The translations under genes and the position numbers were made by a program. The notes beneath the pieces were generated by a model, which had not been told where the DNA came from, did not search any database, and saw only the letters and a program-made list of their open reading frames with translations. Below are positions 33,869 to 46,548 of a stretch of 64,000 bases of DNA, piece after piece. The DNA comes from Amoebophrya sp. A120 (Eukaryota > Protista > Dinoflagellata), in the NCBI GenBank assembly GCA_905178155.1, contig CAJINV010000004.1:6848358-6912357 (forward strand), given 5' to 3'. How positions within the stretch are numbered: the stretch's first letter is position 1; every line of letters starts with the position of its first letter.

Positions 33869-36800
33869 ATGTCGATGCGCAATAGACGAGAAGGCGATGT
33901 TTTCTCCTTCGTGGTGTTGCGGTGGTTTTTCCTGCTTGTATTGTGGACGTTGCAAGTAGGCGCTTTTCAACGTCTTGCCGCCAGCAGGAGTGGACAGGCT
34001 CGGCAGCATGGTGTCGAGTCGTGGAAGGAGAGTGCGAGGAAACAACTGAAATGCGGAAGAGGGGTAGAAGACGGCTGTGACAGTGTGATCGAAGTTTTCG
34101 TTCGAATCGGCGAGGACGAGCTGAAAGAACGTCTTGGTAGTGAGTTGACAGATGTCGCTGTGAATGAAATTATGTCGCATCTCTGGGCAATTTTCGGACG
34201 GCAATTCCGAGACCTGCGGACGGATCCCAGAAGTGGCGCTCTTCTTCCAGGACGACGAACTGGAGTTGACATGGATCTTGCGTTGAAATTGATTGTGCGG
34301 AAAATTGCCGAAAGAGATGGAGAAACAGTCTTGCAGAGGCGAATCGAAAATTGGAAGCTGGATTTGGAATCGTGTTACCATCATATTTTTGGGTTTGACG
34401 AAGGGCCGGACCAAACAATTTTCGTCGAAAGTGAGCAGCTAGCGCTCGTGCCGACATGCATTCGTAAAAACATTCTATTCAGTTTTTGTGCCACGTGCCT
34501 GTAGTTTGGCAGCGTAAGTAGATTTTCTTCCGCAAGTGATATGCAATGGTACATCAATAGCAACCTTTCAGCCCTGAGTTATACTTTTCTGTTGTTATTT
34601 GATTGAAGTAGTTTACTTCGTCGTTGCATTTTTCAGAAGATGCGCGCTACCTTTTGTGACACTGACACTGCGAAGAACGCTCTTTTCATCGCACAAGTTG
34701 AAAGTTACACTCCACATCACAGGACACACATCCAGGGGCGCGCGTGCTGGCGCGTGGAAATGGAGCCAGGCTTTGTTGAAGGGTCTCGGTGACGACCAGA
34801 GTCACATTGTTTCGCACCGCGGAAAGCTACTTCGATATTGCCGGCTGATGCACGTGATGTACAGCCCCACAGGTGAAAGCGACATTGATTACACCAGCAA
34901 CACTGATGCTGCCCCACGTCGCAAAGCCAGAGCTAGTCGAAACACCGCTATTGCCCAAAACGCGGACCTTCTCAGAGATAGCGATGTCCAAGATCGCTTG
35001 GGGGAGGCAGTACATCGCTGCGCAATGCCTGGAGGTAGTGTCGTAGTCTTGTCTTTTCATCCTATTATTACGTGTCTACGCGTTAGATTCTTTGTGCAAT
35101 ACGATATTTTCATTCTACGTGAAAAGCACCATGCGCATAATGATGATTGATGATGTGACTCAAGTTAGATGCCTACTCACGCTTTGTATTTGTGGCACTG
35201 GTCTTCTATGTTCAGACACTCAGGACACAGTACACTCGGCGCTTTGCTCGTATCAAAGAGTTGCAAAGACTTACTGTCTCTGAGTGCCCCGTCGTCATCT
35301 GCTTGAGATTGGTAGTTTTTTCTAAATGTGAGGCGCATTCACTTTCGACCGTGCTGATAGTTTCGTCAACGTTCGATCCAATCCCATTTACAACAGGTGA
35401 AGAGCCAGACCTAAGTCCCAGTATTTCGTTTTTTAAGCTCGTTGTGAAACTCAGTGACGCTGACGACCCCGTCTTGATCTCCCCCGCATTGCCTGTCAGT
35501 TCGACTCACAACATGGGGACGGTACAAAGGGTAGCAGGGGCTGCAATGGATGCCTATGTCGAGAAGTATTGGAAAGACAAAAACGGCAGCAAAATTCCGT
35601 TCGGCTTCGTGGCCAGCGGTGTGTATCCCTTCTGAAAGATGCCATCGCCCGAAATCTTCATTTTGCATTTTGGTCCACATGCCTGTCCTATCTCCATCCT
35701 ATAGAGATGACATACTTACATGTATGACATAGAAGTATGTTGACATACACGTCCGTCGCGTAGCGGTGCAACAAGGCCATACAGTTTATGTTTTACCGGG
35801 GCGCGTCGATCCATCCTGATACGTACTTAATCGCCAAAGGATGACCATGTTTCTGATTTGCGTATCTATCAAACTCAGTGCAATGAAGTCTAATACAAGG
35901 CGTGGTTATCTTTGCTTCGACAGCGTGCGTGTCTCTATTGGTGGATCGGCGCCGGCGTCCGAGAGCCTCCCGACCCCGTTATTGTTTGCAGATCGGAAGG
36001 CCAGCCTGTTGGAGGGGGTGAGGCCACTCAACGCTCCGGATCGAGTTCTCTACAGCCTCACCCCCGGTCCGTATTTCAGAAAATCGCGCCGATTCATTCA
36101 AATGGAACTATTTGATGAGGACGCAGGAGAAGTCTCCGGAGGCGCCAGTACTGCAGGTACCGTTGCCTTCTTCACGTACTTCTAGTTGATTATGTGTCTC
36201 TGTATTTATTCTATTTATAGTAGTTTGGTTTTCGTTTTCTGATGCGGTTGCTAGCGTTTTTGCAGTTTTCGGACCTTTGCAAGGACTGAAGCGTGCTGCA
36301 ACTGTACCCTGCGCATAGTATGGAAAGAGGATACGGACGACGATCTTCGTGTGCTACATTGCTTTTCGTGAAGACTGCCTAGCTGCGATTTGACGCAGGG
36401 CTGACGGTGTTCCTATGCTTCTTGGCACGAGGCACGCATATCAAGATCGGTTTTTATTTTTTTTTACATTCATGTCAAACAGGTGCAGGACCACCGCAAC
36501 CTCCGCCTGGTGGTCCATCTGGTGGCTCACCTGGAGGTGGGAATAGTGATGGAAACACTTCAGGATCGCCACCGTATCACCCACACGGCGGGCAGTTCGG
36601 TGGTGGCGGCGCCAGTGGAGGTTCGTCGCCTCCATATAATCCTGGCGGGGGCGGCTTTTTTGGCGGCCACAGAAGCCCACCAGCTGGGGGCAACACGAAA
36701 AGCACAGGACTATCCTTTTTTGGCCTGCTTCGCTCTGACTCACCCACGTCTCCCGGCGAGGACGGCCAGGATGTCCAACCGATCAGGTTTTTAGGGACGT

Positions 36801-37889
36801 GGTGGAGTAGGGATCTCGGTGTTCATACCGCAATCGAGAAGGGTGCGTTCAAGAGCCGCATCACAGCAGAAATCGCAAAACTTCCAAACGATGCCTTCAG
36901 CCACCCTATGATAACGCTACCAGTCATGTTCGAAGGCACCGCCGGGCTGCAGGTATTGATGATTTCCGCAAAAATATATATGTTTTGAACGAGTACAAGA
37001 AGAATAACAGAGTATGTTATAACGCTCTATTTCTCAGATTCAGTTTCGCCCAATGTGAACGAATAAAAAGTTTTGAAGATTCGTAATTCTACAACAGACG
37101 CTCTTGCTTGTCCGGGACAGCGAGTACTCTTTTTTGACCGGCGTTGTCGCCCTGGCAGGGCCGACAGAAGACGAGCTGGCCAGCCGCTCCGCCCATGAGC
37201 AGAAACTCCAGCCTCAATGTGAGGTATCCAACTACCTGTTGCAAAAGGTTTTTGCATACGCTCGGAGGGAGTTTGAAATATCTGGGCACACACCGGACGA
37301 AGTAATGGAGGACGGGGACCTCAAGACAGAAAGACGACTTGTGGGGCCAGGCTTGCGCTTTATGGGCGATCGCTTTGAGTTGACAATTAAGTCACTGCTG
37401 CAGGAGAATCAGGTTGCCTGTCGCCAAGTGCAGATTAGGTGCGAGTTTGCTGGCGCGTCAGCATGGGGTTTCGTGCGTGATAATTTGACGCGTCAGGTGA
37501 CGGGCGCAAGTCATGAGACATTGCCACAAGAATCTGGTGAGGAACTTTTGAACGACGACGCGCAGGAGACCTCGTCCCGGGCGGCCCCCGCCACGTTCGC
37601 TACGGACGAGGCGGGTAGGGCACGAACAATTGCCCCTTGCCGTGCAGCTCCAGCACAGCAGCACGATATCGGCGGCCAACGCGTGCGCGGTCGTCTGCCT
37701 GCTCGCGCGAAGACGCCTCCTCCGAGTTTGGTACTTGCAGGCGACCCCTCCAAGCGAGAAAAAGCGCAGCTGGAGAAGCTCGTCCGATCTCTTTCGGCAG
37801 ACGGACGCGGACCTTGGAAAACTGGCAGCAAGGGTTTGCGGCGTGACAGGGAATTGCAGAAACTGTCGGAGAAGTTGGATGCCGTATGA
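33869..37889 (+). CDS. Hypothetical multi-exon protein(s) with hydrophobic N-terminus and a Gly/Pro-rich segment; exon structure unresolved
   Basis: Chain of + ORFs (33860, 34599, 35192, 35841, 36407, 37104) separated by AT-richer intron-like spacers; no recognisable domain. Confidence 0.4.
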
Positions 37890-38093
37890 AGTGCACGCAC
37901 TACTTTCCCGGCCAGGAGTCATGCGGCTTCAGAGCATTCGTCATGTCACTTTGCATTAAGGGCTACTGAGAAAAGGAATTTATACACCATTTAGTGACGC
38001 GAGTAGGTTGTTGTACTTGAAAGATTGACTTCCGGTCGCGGAATGTTTGCATCGTGATACTGGAGCACGCTCCTCCCTGGCGGGACGACCGCT

Positions 38094-39491
38094 GTGGCCT
38101 CCCCGCAAATTCTGCCGCTGTGGGAGAAGGAAATGGAAATTCGCCTTGATGCTGTTCTGCAAGCTGTCATCGACAAGAGGGAAAGTAAGCGCATCGGCAC
38201 GACGGGCTCCCAATCTGCTTTACAAGGAGGAAACAGGGACGGCGCAGCGGTGCCTGCCACGCAAGAGGTTGGAGTTATGACAGAAGCTCTGCCGGAGGTA
38301 AAAAATCAGGGTGCTGGGTGGGACGAAAGTCCGCCACAGGGTGGCAGACAGGTTTTGGAGCGCGAAGAACCTTCTTCACGCACCGTCCGTGGGCTCTTCG
38401 GAAAAATCAAGAGCGCCGTGGCAGCAAAGTTCGGCAGCCTTCGGGGGTCGTGGGGGCGTGGCCCGGCGACGCCGAAAGATGTTGTTTCCCTCCTAGCCAT
38501 CCTGGCGGCGCTGGCCGTCATGCAACGAACCTTTCCGGCCAGCACCACTCGGTTCGAGGCGCCACGAGAAGATCATGTCGGCACACAAGAAGCAGCAAGT
38601 CTCTTTCAGTACTGCTTGGAGGACGGGACGCCAGCTGCAACACATTGCGCCAGACCCAGCAGTGCGCAGACCTGCTGCAGCTTCTCGGGAGACGACCTGG
38701 CGCTGCAACAAGTTGCTAATTCTACTACCACGGACGTGAGCCCCCGGTGTGAAGAGCCGGGCACGTGGGCACGCCTGGTGGAGCTCGTTAGCGAGGAGGT
38801 GCGTCGCAATGAGAGAGACGAAGGGACCGAGAGCGCCATCACCAGTGGCGTCTTTCGCTACAACCTCTCGCCGTGCGAGGTGCGGGTCCAGGACAAGCTG
38901 TATGTCAAGGAGGCTGAGTTTTGTTCCCCACAGGGCGACCGCCTGATCGTTTCGTGCCCATCGCCCGGCCACGGTGCGTTTGCGTGCGTGCAGCGCCTGC
39001 GGGAGGTGGACCACGAGGAAGCGACGTGGCAGGAGGATAAAAAACTCAGTAGCAACTGCAGCCCCGACGAGATGAACGTCTTGGAGAGGAGGCTTTCGCG
39101 CTTGTCTATCAGCCGCCCGAAAACATGTTCAGCCGACGGAAAATTGCATGCCGACGCACAGCCAAAGAACTCCGAGCAGGAAATGCACGTCCTCGAAATG
39201 TTTCGCGAAGTGGTGGAAGACATCTACCACAGCTACATTGAGCCATGGGCCTCTGGTGCAGAGCTTTCGTTCAGTGCTCAGGAGCGGGGAGTGCATATGA
39301 CGCTTGCGCCCCGTACCCGTCGGGATGCCAGAAGCAGAACGGTTACTGGCAGGAAGAAAGCGGCAAGGGCAAAACAATCGGGAGGCAGGACCACTGCCAA
39401 GCAGCCGAAAAGCGCGCGGAGTAGCAAAAGAGGATCTACTGTTAAATCCAAGAAGAAAAGCAAGGGCGACACCATGAGGATGGAAAGATAA
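38094..39491 (+). CDS. Hypothetical protein (or last exon) with one hydrophobic segment, Cys-containing middle and basic tail
   Basis: 465-codon ORF; VVSLLAILAALAVM; no family recognised. Confidence 0.5.
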   Translation: MASPQILPLWEKEMEIRLDAVLQAVIDKRESKRIGTTGSQSALQGGNRDGAAVPATQEVGVMTEALPEVKNQGAGWDESPPQGGRQVLEREEPSSRTVRGLFGKIKSAVAAKFGSLRGSWGRGPATPKDVVSLLAILAALAVMQRTFPASTTRFEAPREDHVGTQEAASLFQYCLEDGTPAATHCARPSSAQTCCSFSGDDLALQQVANSTTTDVSPRCEEPGTWARLVELVSEEVRRNERDEGTESAITSGVFRYNLSPCEVRVQDKLYVKEAEFCSPQGDRLIVSCPSPGHGAFACVQRLREVDHEEATWQEDKKLSSNCSPDEMNVLERRLSRLSISRPKTCSADGKLHADAQPKNSEQEMHVLEMFREVVEDIYHSYIEPWASGAELSFSAQERGVHMTLAPRTRRDARSRTVTGRKKAARAKQSGGRTTAKQPKSARSSKRGSTVKSKKKSKGDTMRMER

Positions 39492-41121
39492 TATCTATGG
39501 CTAGGGCTAGGCGAGTTGAATTGATTTCGTGCATTACTTCTATCTAATGTCTTGGCGGTACGTAATGGTAATGGAAGTTTAAATACATAAACGCTTCTCG
39601 ACGTTTCCACAGAGGCAGCGTGCCCTTGGATGATGAGAACCGTAGAAAGAAAAACTAGTATTAAGCCTTGTTCCTTGGATTGGGTTGTAAGGCCTACGTC
39701 TAGCTTTGCTCAAACGTGAAGAACCTGTGCGCAGCCAGGCCGCATGCCTGTCACCGCCTTCGGAGATGTCACCCTTGGCACCTGCGAACCGGTGTTGACT
39801 GAATTTCTGCGCAGAAATGGGTCTTTTTTATCGAAGACAAATTGTCACTGTCTGTGGCATTTGTTTTGAGTATGTTTTGGAGGAAAACAAAGTGGAACAT
39901 TGATTAGATGAACACCCAGTGCAAGCAACAGCTGTGGATAAAGCACAAGCATTGTTTCTTAATCGCTACGTAGTGTATCCCTTTTCTGAAGTATGATTTT
40001 TTACCGCACTGCTTATTTACTTCTTATGAATATCTCAGATCGGCATACTACAGTACTGATTTTCAGATGGTTTTTACAACACCAAGATCAAGCGTAACAA
40101 ATTTCAAGAAACTTTTGAAGCACGAGACGAGAGTGAACTAACATGGGATAGATGAGTAAAAAAGTAAAGAATGGAAGTGATATAAGAACAGCGTAGCTAC
40201 AGCATCTAGCTGCATTAGCATATTTCCTCGGTTTCGAAGGTAGAAGGAAAAAAATGACGAAGACATGATGAAAGCATTGTACAATTTTTTCAGCAACAAA
40301 AAAGCGCGCCCCCTTGTGGCGAGAGAAGGAGTTGTAGTACACGTACATCTAGATCTAGTAGCGCTTGCCGAGCACTTGCTTCTTTTGCAGGATTGACTTC
40401 CGGATCGGAAACTCGAGAAAAGTGTTTTCTACTTGTTTTGCCGCCTTGATCAGATCTTCAGCTCGTCAACGTTGCACACGACACTGAAGCGTCCCTTCTA
40501 CTTTTCTTCTAACGGCGGTATTGCAGTTTCTCTCAGTGGTCGGTTTGATAGCGCAATAAAACACGCTCAAACAAATAAACAGAGGTGCGTGAGTACCCTA
40601 TCGTGGCGGATCGTCGATGTCGGTGAAGTCTCTATTCTAAGAAATTTAGATAGCTGCAAAAGAAAGTTTCCGTGGTGTTGTCGTGCACGTTTTCGTTTGT
40701 TCGTTTGCTTCATTTTTTTTGTCGTCCAAAAGTAGTCGTTCCCACAACTTCTCGTCATTCGTGTTTCATTTGTTCGTTCACGTGATCATTGTATCTTCCC
40801 AACAGCAGCTGCATCCTCATTCGACGTTGCATTATCTTCGTGCAGAGCTTCCACAATCCACAACAACAAATATTTTCCAGAACGGTACGCTACGCGCTGA
40901 GGCCTAGAATTATTCGTAGTAGCATCGTGATTTGGGTCAAACCTTGCGTATATACCCGGGCGTAGTACCCTCGTGGAGCGCCTTTTTTCAGGCTATGAAA
41001 ACATAGCGACTTTACTGCCCAACGCCCACCATACCATGCGGATTGGAAATTCGCGGCAGCACGGATTTCCAATCCGCTCGCTTTGCCGTTCGTCACGTCT
41101 TTCCGGGGTCCCGGAGTTTTC

Positions 41122-41531
41122 GCCTTCCGAGATTTCCCGGGAACCTGTGCAACTCGTGCAACTTTTCCACGTTTTTGCTGCGAATCGCGACGGTATGGCC
41201 GAGTTGCACGGCGGGTTGCACGGTGCAACTCGCCGTGCAACTTTCGCAGCATTTCGCGCTGAACCAGGACGGTATGGGCCTTCCGAGATGTCCCGAAAAC
41301 CTGCGCAACTCGTGCAACTTTTTCACGTTTTGCCTTGCGAATCGCGATGGTATGGCCCGAGTTGCACGGCAAGTTGCACGGTGCAACTCGCCATGCAGCT
41401 ATCCCAACACTTTGCGCCGAACCAGGGCGGTATGGGCCTTCCGAGATGTCCAGGAAACGCATGCAACCCGTGCAACAGTTGCACGCTTTGCCTTGCGCAT
41501 CGCGATGGTATGGCCCGAGTTGCACGGCAGG
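41122..41531. repeat. Tandem repeat, ~157-bp unit, ~2.6 copies
   Basis: gccttccgagat recurs at 41122, 41278 and 41436; units rich in tgcaac/gttgca. Confidence 0.85.
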
Positions 41532-42041
41532 TCGTACGGCAGGTCGCGCGCTGGCGCATGTGGGCAGTATTTCCGGCGCGCCCACGCTGGTGCGCGTGGG
41601 CGCATATGCGGGCGGTGTCCATCTTTGCGCGCGGTGGCACATGTTGGCGACTTGTCGCGCCGACGCTGGTCAAGTGCTTGGTAGTATCTTCCCCCCCCGT
41701 CTTCGCTGGTAGCTTTGTGGTTGGGGTTGTCAATATGGCGCATTGACAACCCTCCCCCGCACAAAGCGATCAGGCGTATTCCACGAAAACAAAGCTCAGG
41801 CGGTCTTCCTAACCAACACGCACACTAGTCAAAACCCATTACGGCTGTTGCCCCTAATTCTTGCAGAGGCCCCCCGCCACCTGCGCAGGCCGATCACCTC
41901 GGCACGCGCGGGCAGCACTTCCACGTCGGCGACCGCACACAGCGCGCCAGCGTGCCCAACTCTGTGCCCGCGTTCCCACCTAACCGTCGCCCTGTGTTCA
42001 GGCGTTATTCGCGGGCCTTTGCGTATGTCTGCCCTGCTCCA

Positions 42042-42168
42042 GCCGCGTACTTGTGGTTGACCCCGCGCAGAGGCCTCCTGGGCGGGCCTACTGGTTCATT
42101 TCGGCCGCGTATTTGCGGTTGACCCCGCGCAGAGGCCTAAGCGGCGCTAGTGGTTCACTTCAGCCGCA
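42042..42168. repeat. Tandem repeat, ~62-bp unit, 2 copies
   Basis: ggttgaccccgcgcagaggcct...tggttca occurs twice. Confidence 0.8.
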
Positions 42169-43502
42169 CGGGCCCCATGAATGTGTTGCCGCTTGGGACG
42201 GCAGGACACCAGGGCGAGCTCGCTGCCTGCGGCAGCGGGGCCGACTGCGCGGCGGGCCCCCGCTGCGCTTCCCCTGTTGTGGGTGTGGAGCGATGTACGC
42301 GTGCGACAGGAGGCCTTGCATGCGAGTGGGAAAAGAAGGCGGCGGACCCAGACCAACACGGAGGCCCCCCGCGGGCAGGTGAAAAAGGCCGGGGGCCCCC
42401 TGCGGGCGGGAGAGAAAGGCGGGGGGCCCCCTTGGGTGCCAAAGGTGGGGGCCGCGGGCCCCCTACGCGCGGGAGGGACTTACCGTGGAGAAGGACGGTG
42501 GGTGGCCCCGTCCGGCCTCCCGCGGGCGGCCCGGCCGGGAGAAGGCCGGGGGCCCCCTGCGGAGCCGGAAGCGCGGGGGCCCCCTGCGGAGGCGGGATGC
42601 CCAGCGGGCGAGAGGGCGGGAGGCGGGGGCCCCCTTTTTTCCCCGAGGGTATGTTGGACACAAAAATACTAACCCTCATCGTAGCGTCGTGATTAAAAGT
42701 CTAGGCCTCAACGCGTGCCGGTCTCTTTTTTTTTCTCCTGATTATCTTGATTGGATTCATGATACCGATTGAAATTTTCTCTGATAAAATGAAAGGATGA
42801 GATTCTAATGATCAAATTCGATCTTATCACTTGATAATTTTCTTTCCTGTTTTTGTTGGGTTTCATTTCTGTTCTATTTCGGGATCCATATCTCGTCTCT
42901 GTTCTCTGAATTCAATAAAAAAAAAGCATTTATCGGGTGAAATTTCTTTAAAATATTTCAATGAATTTTTCAAAGCAATGAAAATGGGGGTGATAAAATC
43001 ATAAAATCTTGTAATTTTCTTCAGATTCTATTTCGAGAATTAAGAATTACAATATGATAAGAAATCCATATGTTTCAAATAAGAATTTTCTATGAAAGTC
43101 GTTTCATTGAAGAAGAATTTTTTTCAGATTCTCAATGATTCAAATCAAATTTATGAAAGATTTTCCAAAAATTTTCAGGAAAAATTTTCGGGAAAATATC
43201 AATTTATCACATATCGATATCTTGTAAATATTCCTCATCCGATTTTTCATTTCTCCATGCACATTATTTTTCATTTTTTCAAAAAATCCTATCCAAGGAA
43301 TATTGAATAAAAAAATATTTGAAAACTTGTATTCCTGATTCCAAACAATTGAATCCATTTAATGAGAAAGATCTTGGAAATATCAACACCCAAAAATTAT
43401 TTTGAAAAATATTTCCAACTCGATATCATAGAATACAGATCCCAGATTCATTTCAGAAATTGATTATGAGTGATTTTATTTCGAAACTTTGCAACTATTC
43501 AT

Positions 43503-45251
43503 TAACGCAAACGAGCCCGGCCTAAAAATGCATTAAAAACAACTTCAAACTGATTTCAAACATTTTGAAAATCGAAGAAGTCCTGCCTTGATTTTCGGGA
43601 AAAGCGGGTCGCAAGGTGGCAGAGGAGTGCTTTTAGCTTCATTTGGTTCAACATGGGGGATGCATTCTTGCCACTACAAGTGTCTGCTTCTTTGGAGGGC
43701 GCGCGGTTCTCTTACTCAAAAAAAGGAAAGACGAAAACCCTTGCGCTCTTTACAAATCTGTTTCCAGCTTTGCATGTGGCCCGCCGCACTTGTGCGCTGA
43801 CGACTTGGGCCATTTATAGACGCGCCCCGGCGCCAAGTAGGGCAAGGCTAGCTACATGGAAGCAGACAAATCAATGATGGGCGCCGCGTTATTAATGCGG
43901 TTCATTTTCTCCATGCTTAGCCATGAGGGCGAGCGCCGCTCCGTCCAGGGTGGCCGAGTAGGCGACAGCACGGCCAAGGCACAGCAGAGGCTTGCTTTCA
44001 TCTCCTGCGCCATATAAATGCGCGCCAGCTTTTGGCGTGAGGCGGACCGCCGAGGGAGGAGGGGCAAGTAGTGTCTTGCGAACGTCCAAGCCAGCTCCCC
44101 CTGGCTTCTGCGCTTGGTCTTAATGTTGCTGCTGCTGCAAGCGGAAAGCGCAGTCGGAGAAGCCTAATCTTGCGACCCTCCGCCCCTCCAAAGGCGCAAG
44201 AGGCGGCGCGCCTGTTGGCTGCCATTGGGGCGCCGAGCGAGCGCAGGCGGCGGCGGTTGCTCTTTCTAGCAGCCGAAGACCCGCACTGCGAAAGCAGGCA
44301 GTCCAGATCAGTCCGACAGACAATCCGGCAGCAATCCAGGTCAATCCGAAAACAGTCCAAAAAAATCCGCCATGTTAGAATCCAGGCCCAGACTTTTTTG
44401 GACTGAATTTGGTTCGGACTGTGGATTGGGTTTTTCCGGTCAACTTCAAACGGCGGATTGGACTTTTCGGACCAACTTCAAACGCCGGATTGGGTTTTTC
44501 GAACCAACTTCAAACGGCGGATTGGATTTTTCGAACCAACTTCAAACGCCGGATTGCAGTCGTCTTTTTGTGAGGTCGTCCCCGCTTCTGCTGGGGCCGG
44601 CGCTTCGCGCCGGCGAATGCTGGCCACCTGACTTGAATGGAGATCAACGCCTGCTGTAGCCCGGGCGCTGAGCTCTACCTGTCGGGTTGCCCCCCGGTTG
44701 CTTGTTGTGGTCGTTGGGCCTGGGCTGCTCGCGCATTGGGGTCTGATGGGTCTGCTCGGAGGCAGCCAGGCACGGGCACATCTGTCGCGTTGCGCCGCTG
44801 TGTGTGGCATGTGCAACAACAGGCGGGGCCCCGGTGGAGGTGTTTCGAAGGTAGGGGCATGAAGGTCCCCGCGACGAGAGCCCCGGGGACCCTTTCTGCC
44901 GGCATGCAAGAGGGGTGGCAGTTGCTATTTTGGGGAATTATGTATTTCTTACGCAGGGCCGCGGGGGGCGCAGGCACTGGAATTCGGGTTCTTTGACTGG
45001 GGACATTCGTGGCGGTATGTCCTTCCAATTTAGCCTAGGGAGGACTCTATAATAGTGTGGCAGGATTGTTTGCTGGCTGAAGATTGGGCTCTCCTGCGTT
45101 CCAAAGCGGCCCCCTTTGGCGCCGTCGGTGAGGGCTTCGGAGAGCCCAAGCAGGCCGCTCACTCTTATCTGAAAAGCGCAATTTCGAAAATGTTTGAAAT
45201 GAGTTTGAAGTTGGTTTGAAATGGAATTAGGCCCCGGGCCCGTTTGATATA
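43503..45251. mobile_element. Non-autonomous TIR element 2, Mutator-like (9-bp TSD, ~70-bp TIR)
   Basis: TSD actattcat at 43494-43502 and 45252-45260; TIR caaacgagcccggcctaa...aacttcaaactgatttcaaacatttt mirrored at about 45183-45246. Confidence 0.85.
44423..44556. repeat. Tandem repeat, 32-bp unit, 4+ copies
   Basis: ggattg(g)...caacttcaaacg(c/g)c units start at 44423, 44455, 44487, 44519 and 44551 (last partial). Confidence 0.9.
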
Positions 45252-45315
45252 ACTATTCATATTCCAAATTTTCAAAAAAAAAAAAAATTCCAGACCCGGC
45301 CTGATTATATTCTTT

Positions 45316-46540
45316 CAGTTAGAAACCCCGGGGTGGTGGCGGCCGCTAATTTCCAGCTAATTTCTGCGGGATTTTTTCAAACCCCGACAAGCGGGATAAT
45401 AGTTGAAGGCCCAAGCCCGAAAAAGCGACAACGCAAGTTGCCGCGCGCGAGGTCCCAAAACAATCAGGAGAGGGGCTCCAGGACAAGAAAAACAAAACAA
45501 CGAGAAGCAGGCCGCCTTCTACACATGGAGCATGGCAACGCCGGCAATCTCGCACAGGATGAATTCCCACAAAGCAAAACCCCAAATCCCAAAACCGCCC
45601 GAAAAGCAAAGTCAACCATTGAACACCCCACCCAGTTACAGCCATACGAAACACCCCCCGCGGGCGGCTATTTTCGCTGCTAATTCTGCGGCTAATTTTG
45701 TTTCTATTTTTGGGCTTTATTTTCTATTCTAATTCTGCTTCTATTTTCGTATTCTAAATCATGTTCTATTTTCGTATTCTAAATCGTGTTCTATTTTTGG
45801 GTTCTAAATCGTATTCTATTTTGGCTTCTAAATCGTGCTTCTATTTTGCTTTCTATTTTTTGCGGGATTCGCATGTTCGAGCGGCTGCTTTTCAACTTCT
45901 AAATTCGCGCCTTGGAGGATTTCCTTTGGAAATCTCCAGTGTCGCGAAAAATAGAAGTTGAAAAGACAGCTGCCGAACACGCGAATCCCGCAGAAAAATA
46001 GAAAGCAAAACAGCGAGCACGTTTAGAAGTCCAAAATAGAATACGACCTAAAGCCCAAAAATAGAACGCTTTCGAAAAGCCCAACGACAATGGCTTTGCG
46101 AAAGAACGAAACAGGGATAGGGTGCAGGGATAGCAACATTGGCCACACGGCCCAGGTCTTCACAACCCAAGCCGAAAATCCGAGGGCCCCCATGAAAACC
46201 AGACCACGAGCGCTGCCCTCCACCTTCGGGGCCACCCGGGTACGAAAATACCAAAGAAGCCCCCGCGGCGTTCGAAATTCCGAATCCCCTGCAAACGGCC
46301 CTAATTTTTAAACTTTAATTTCCGTCGTGGCTTTTCATTGAAAAACACACGCGGGGCCAACGGGGGGATTTGAAAAAAACCCGGCCCCCCGGGCGCGGTG
46401 GAAAAGGGTGGAACCCTGCGGGCCCGGGAACCTTCAACGCCCGAGGAGGAAAACCACCGCCCGCCCTAAGGGCTTCGGGGAAATCCCGCAAAAATTAGCT
46501 GGGATTTAGTGCCTCCCGCGGCCCGCGGGCTCTCTGACTG
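45316..46540. mobile_element. Non-autonomous TIR element 3 (CAGT...ACTG ends, ~60-bp TIR, central foldback)
   Basis: cagttagaaaccccggggtgg...ctaatttccagctaatttctgcgggg vs reverse complement cagtcagagagcccgcggg...ctaaatcccagctaatttttgcggg; flanked by atattcttt (45307-45315) and atattctt (46541-46548). Confidence 0.82.
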
Positions 46541-46548
46541 ATATTCTT

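Larger units (their letters stand above)
40892..42716. mobile_element. Non-autonomous TIR element 1 (1.8 kb, GC-rich)
   Basis: acgcgctgaggcctagaatt vs reverse complement of right end acgcgttgaggcctagactt; sharp composition change at both ends; no clear TSD. Confidence 0.65.

Noticed and set aside
42717-43502. AT-rich tract as an organellar or viral gene insert
   Set aside because: Only short ORFs with no recognisable protein or rRNA motifs.
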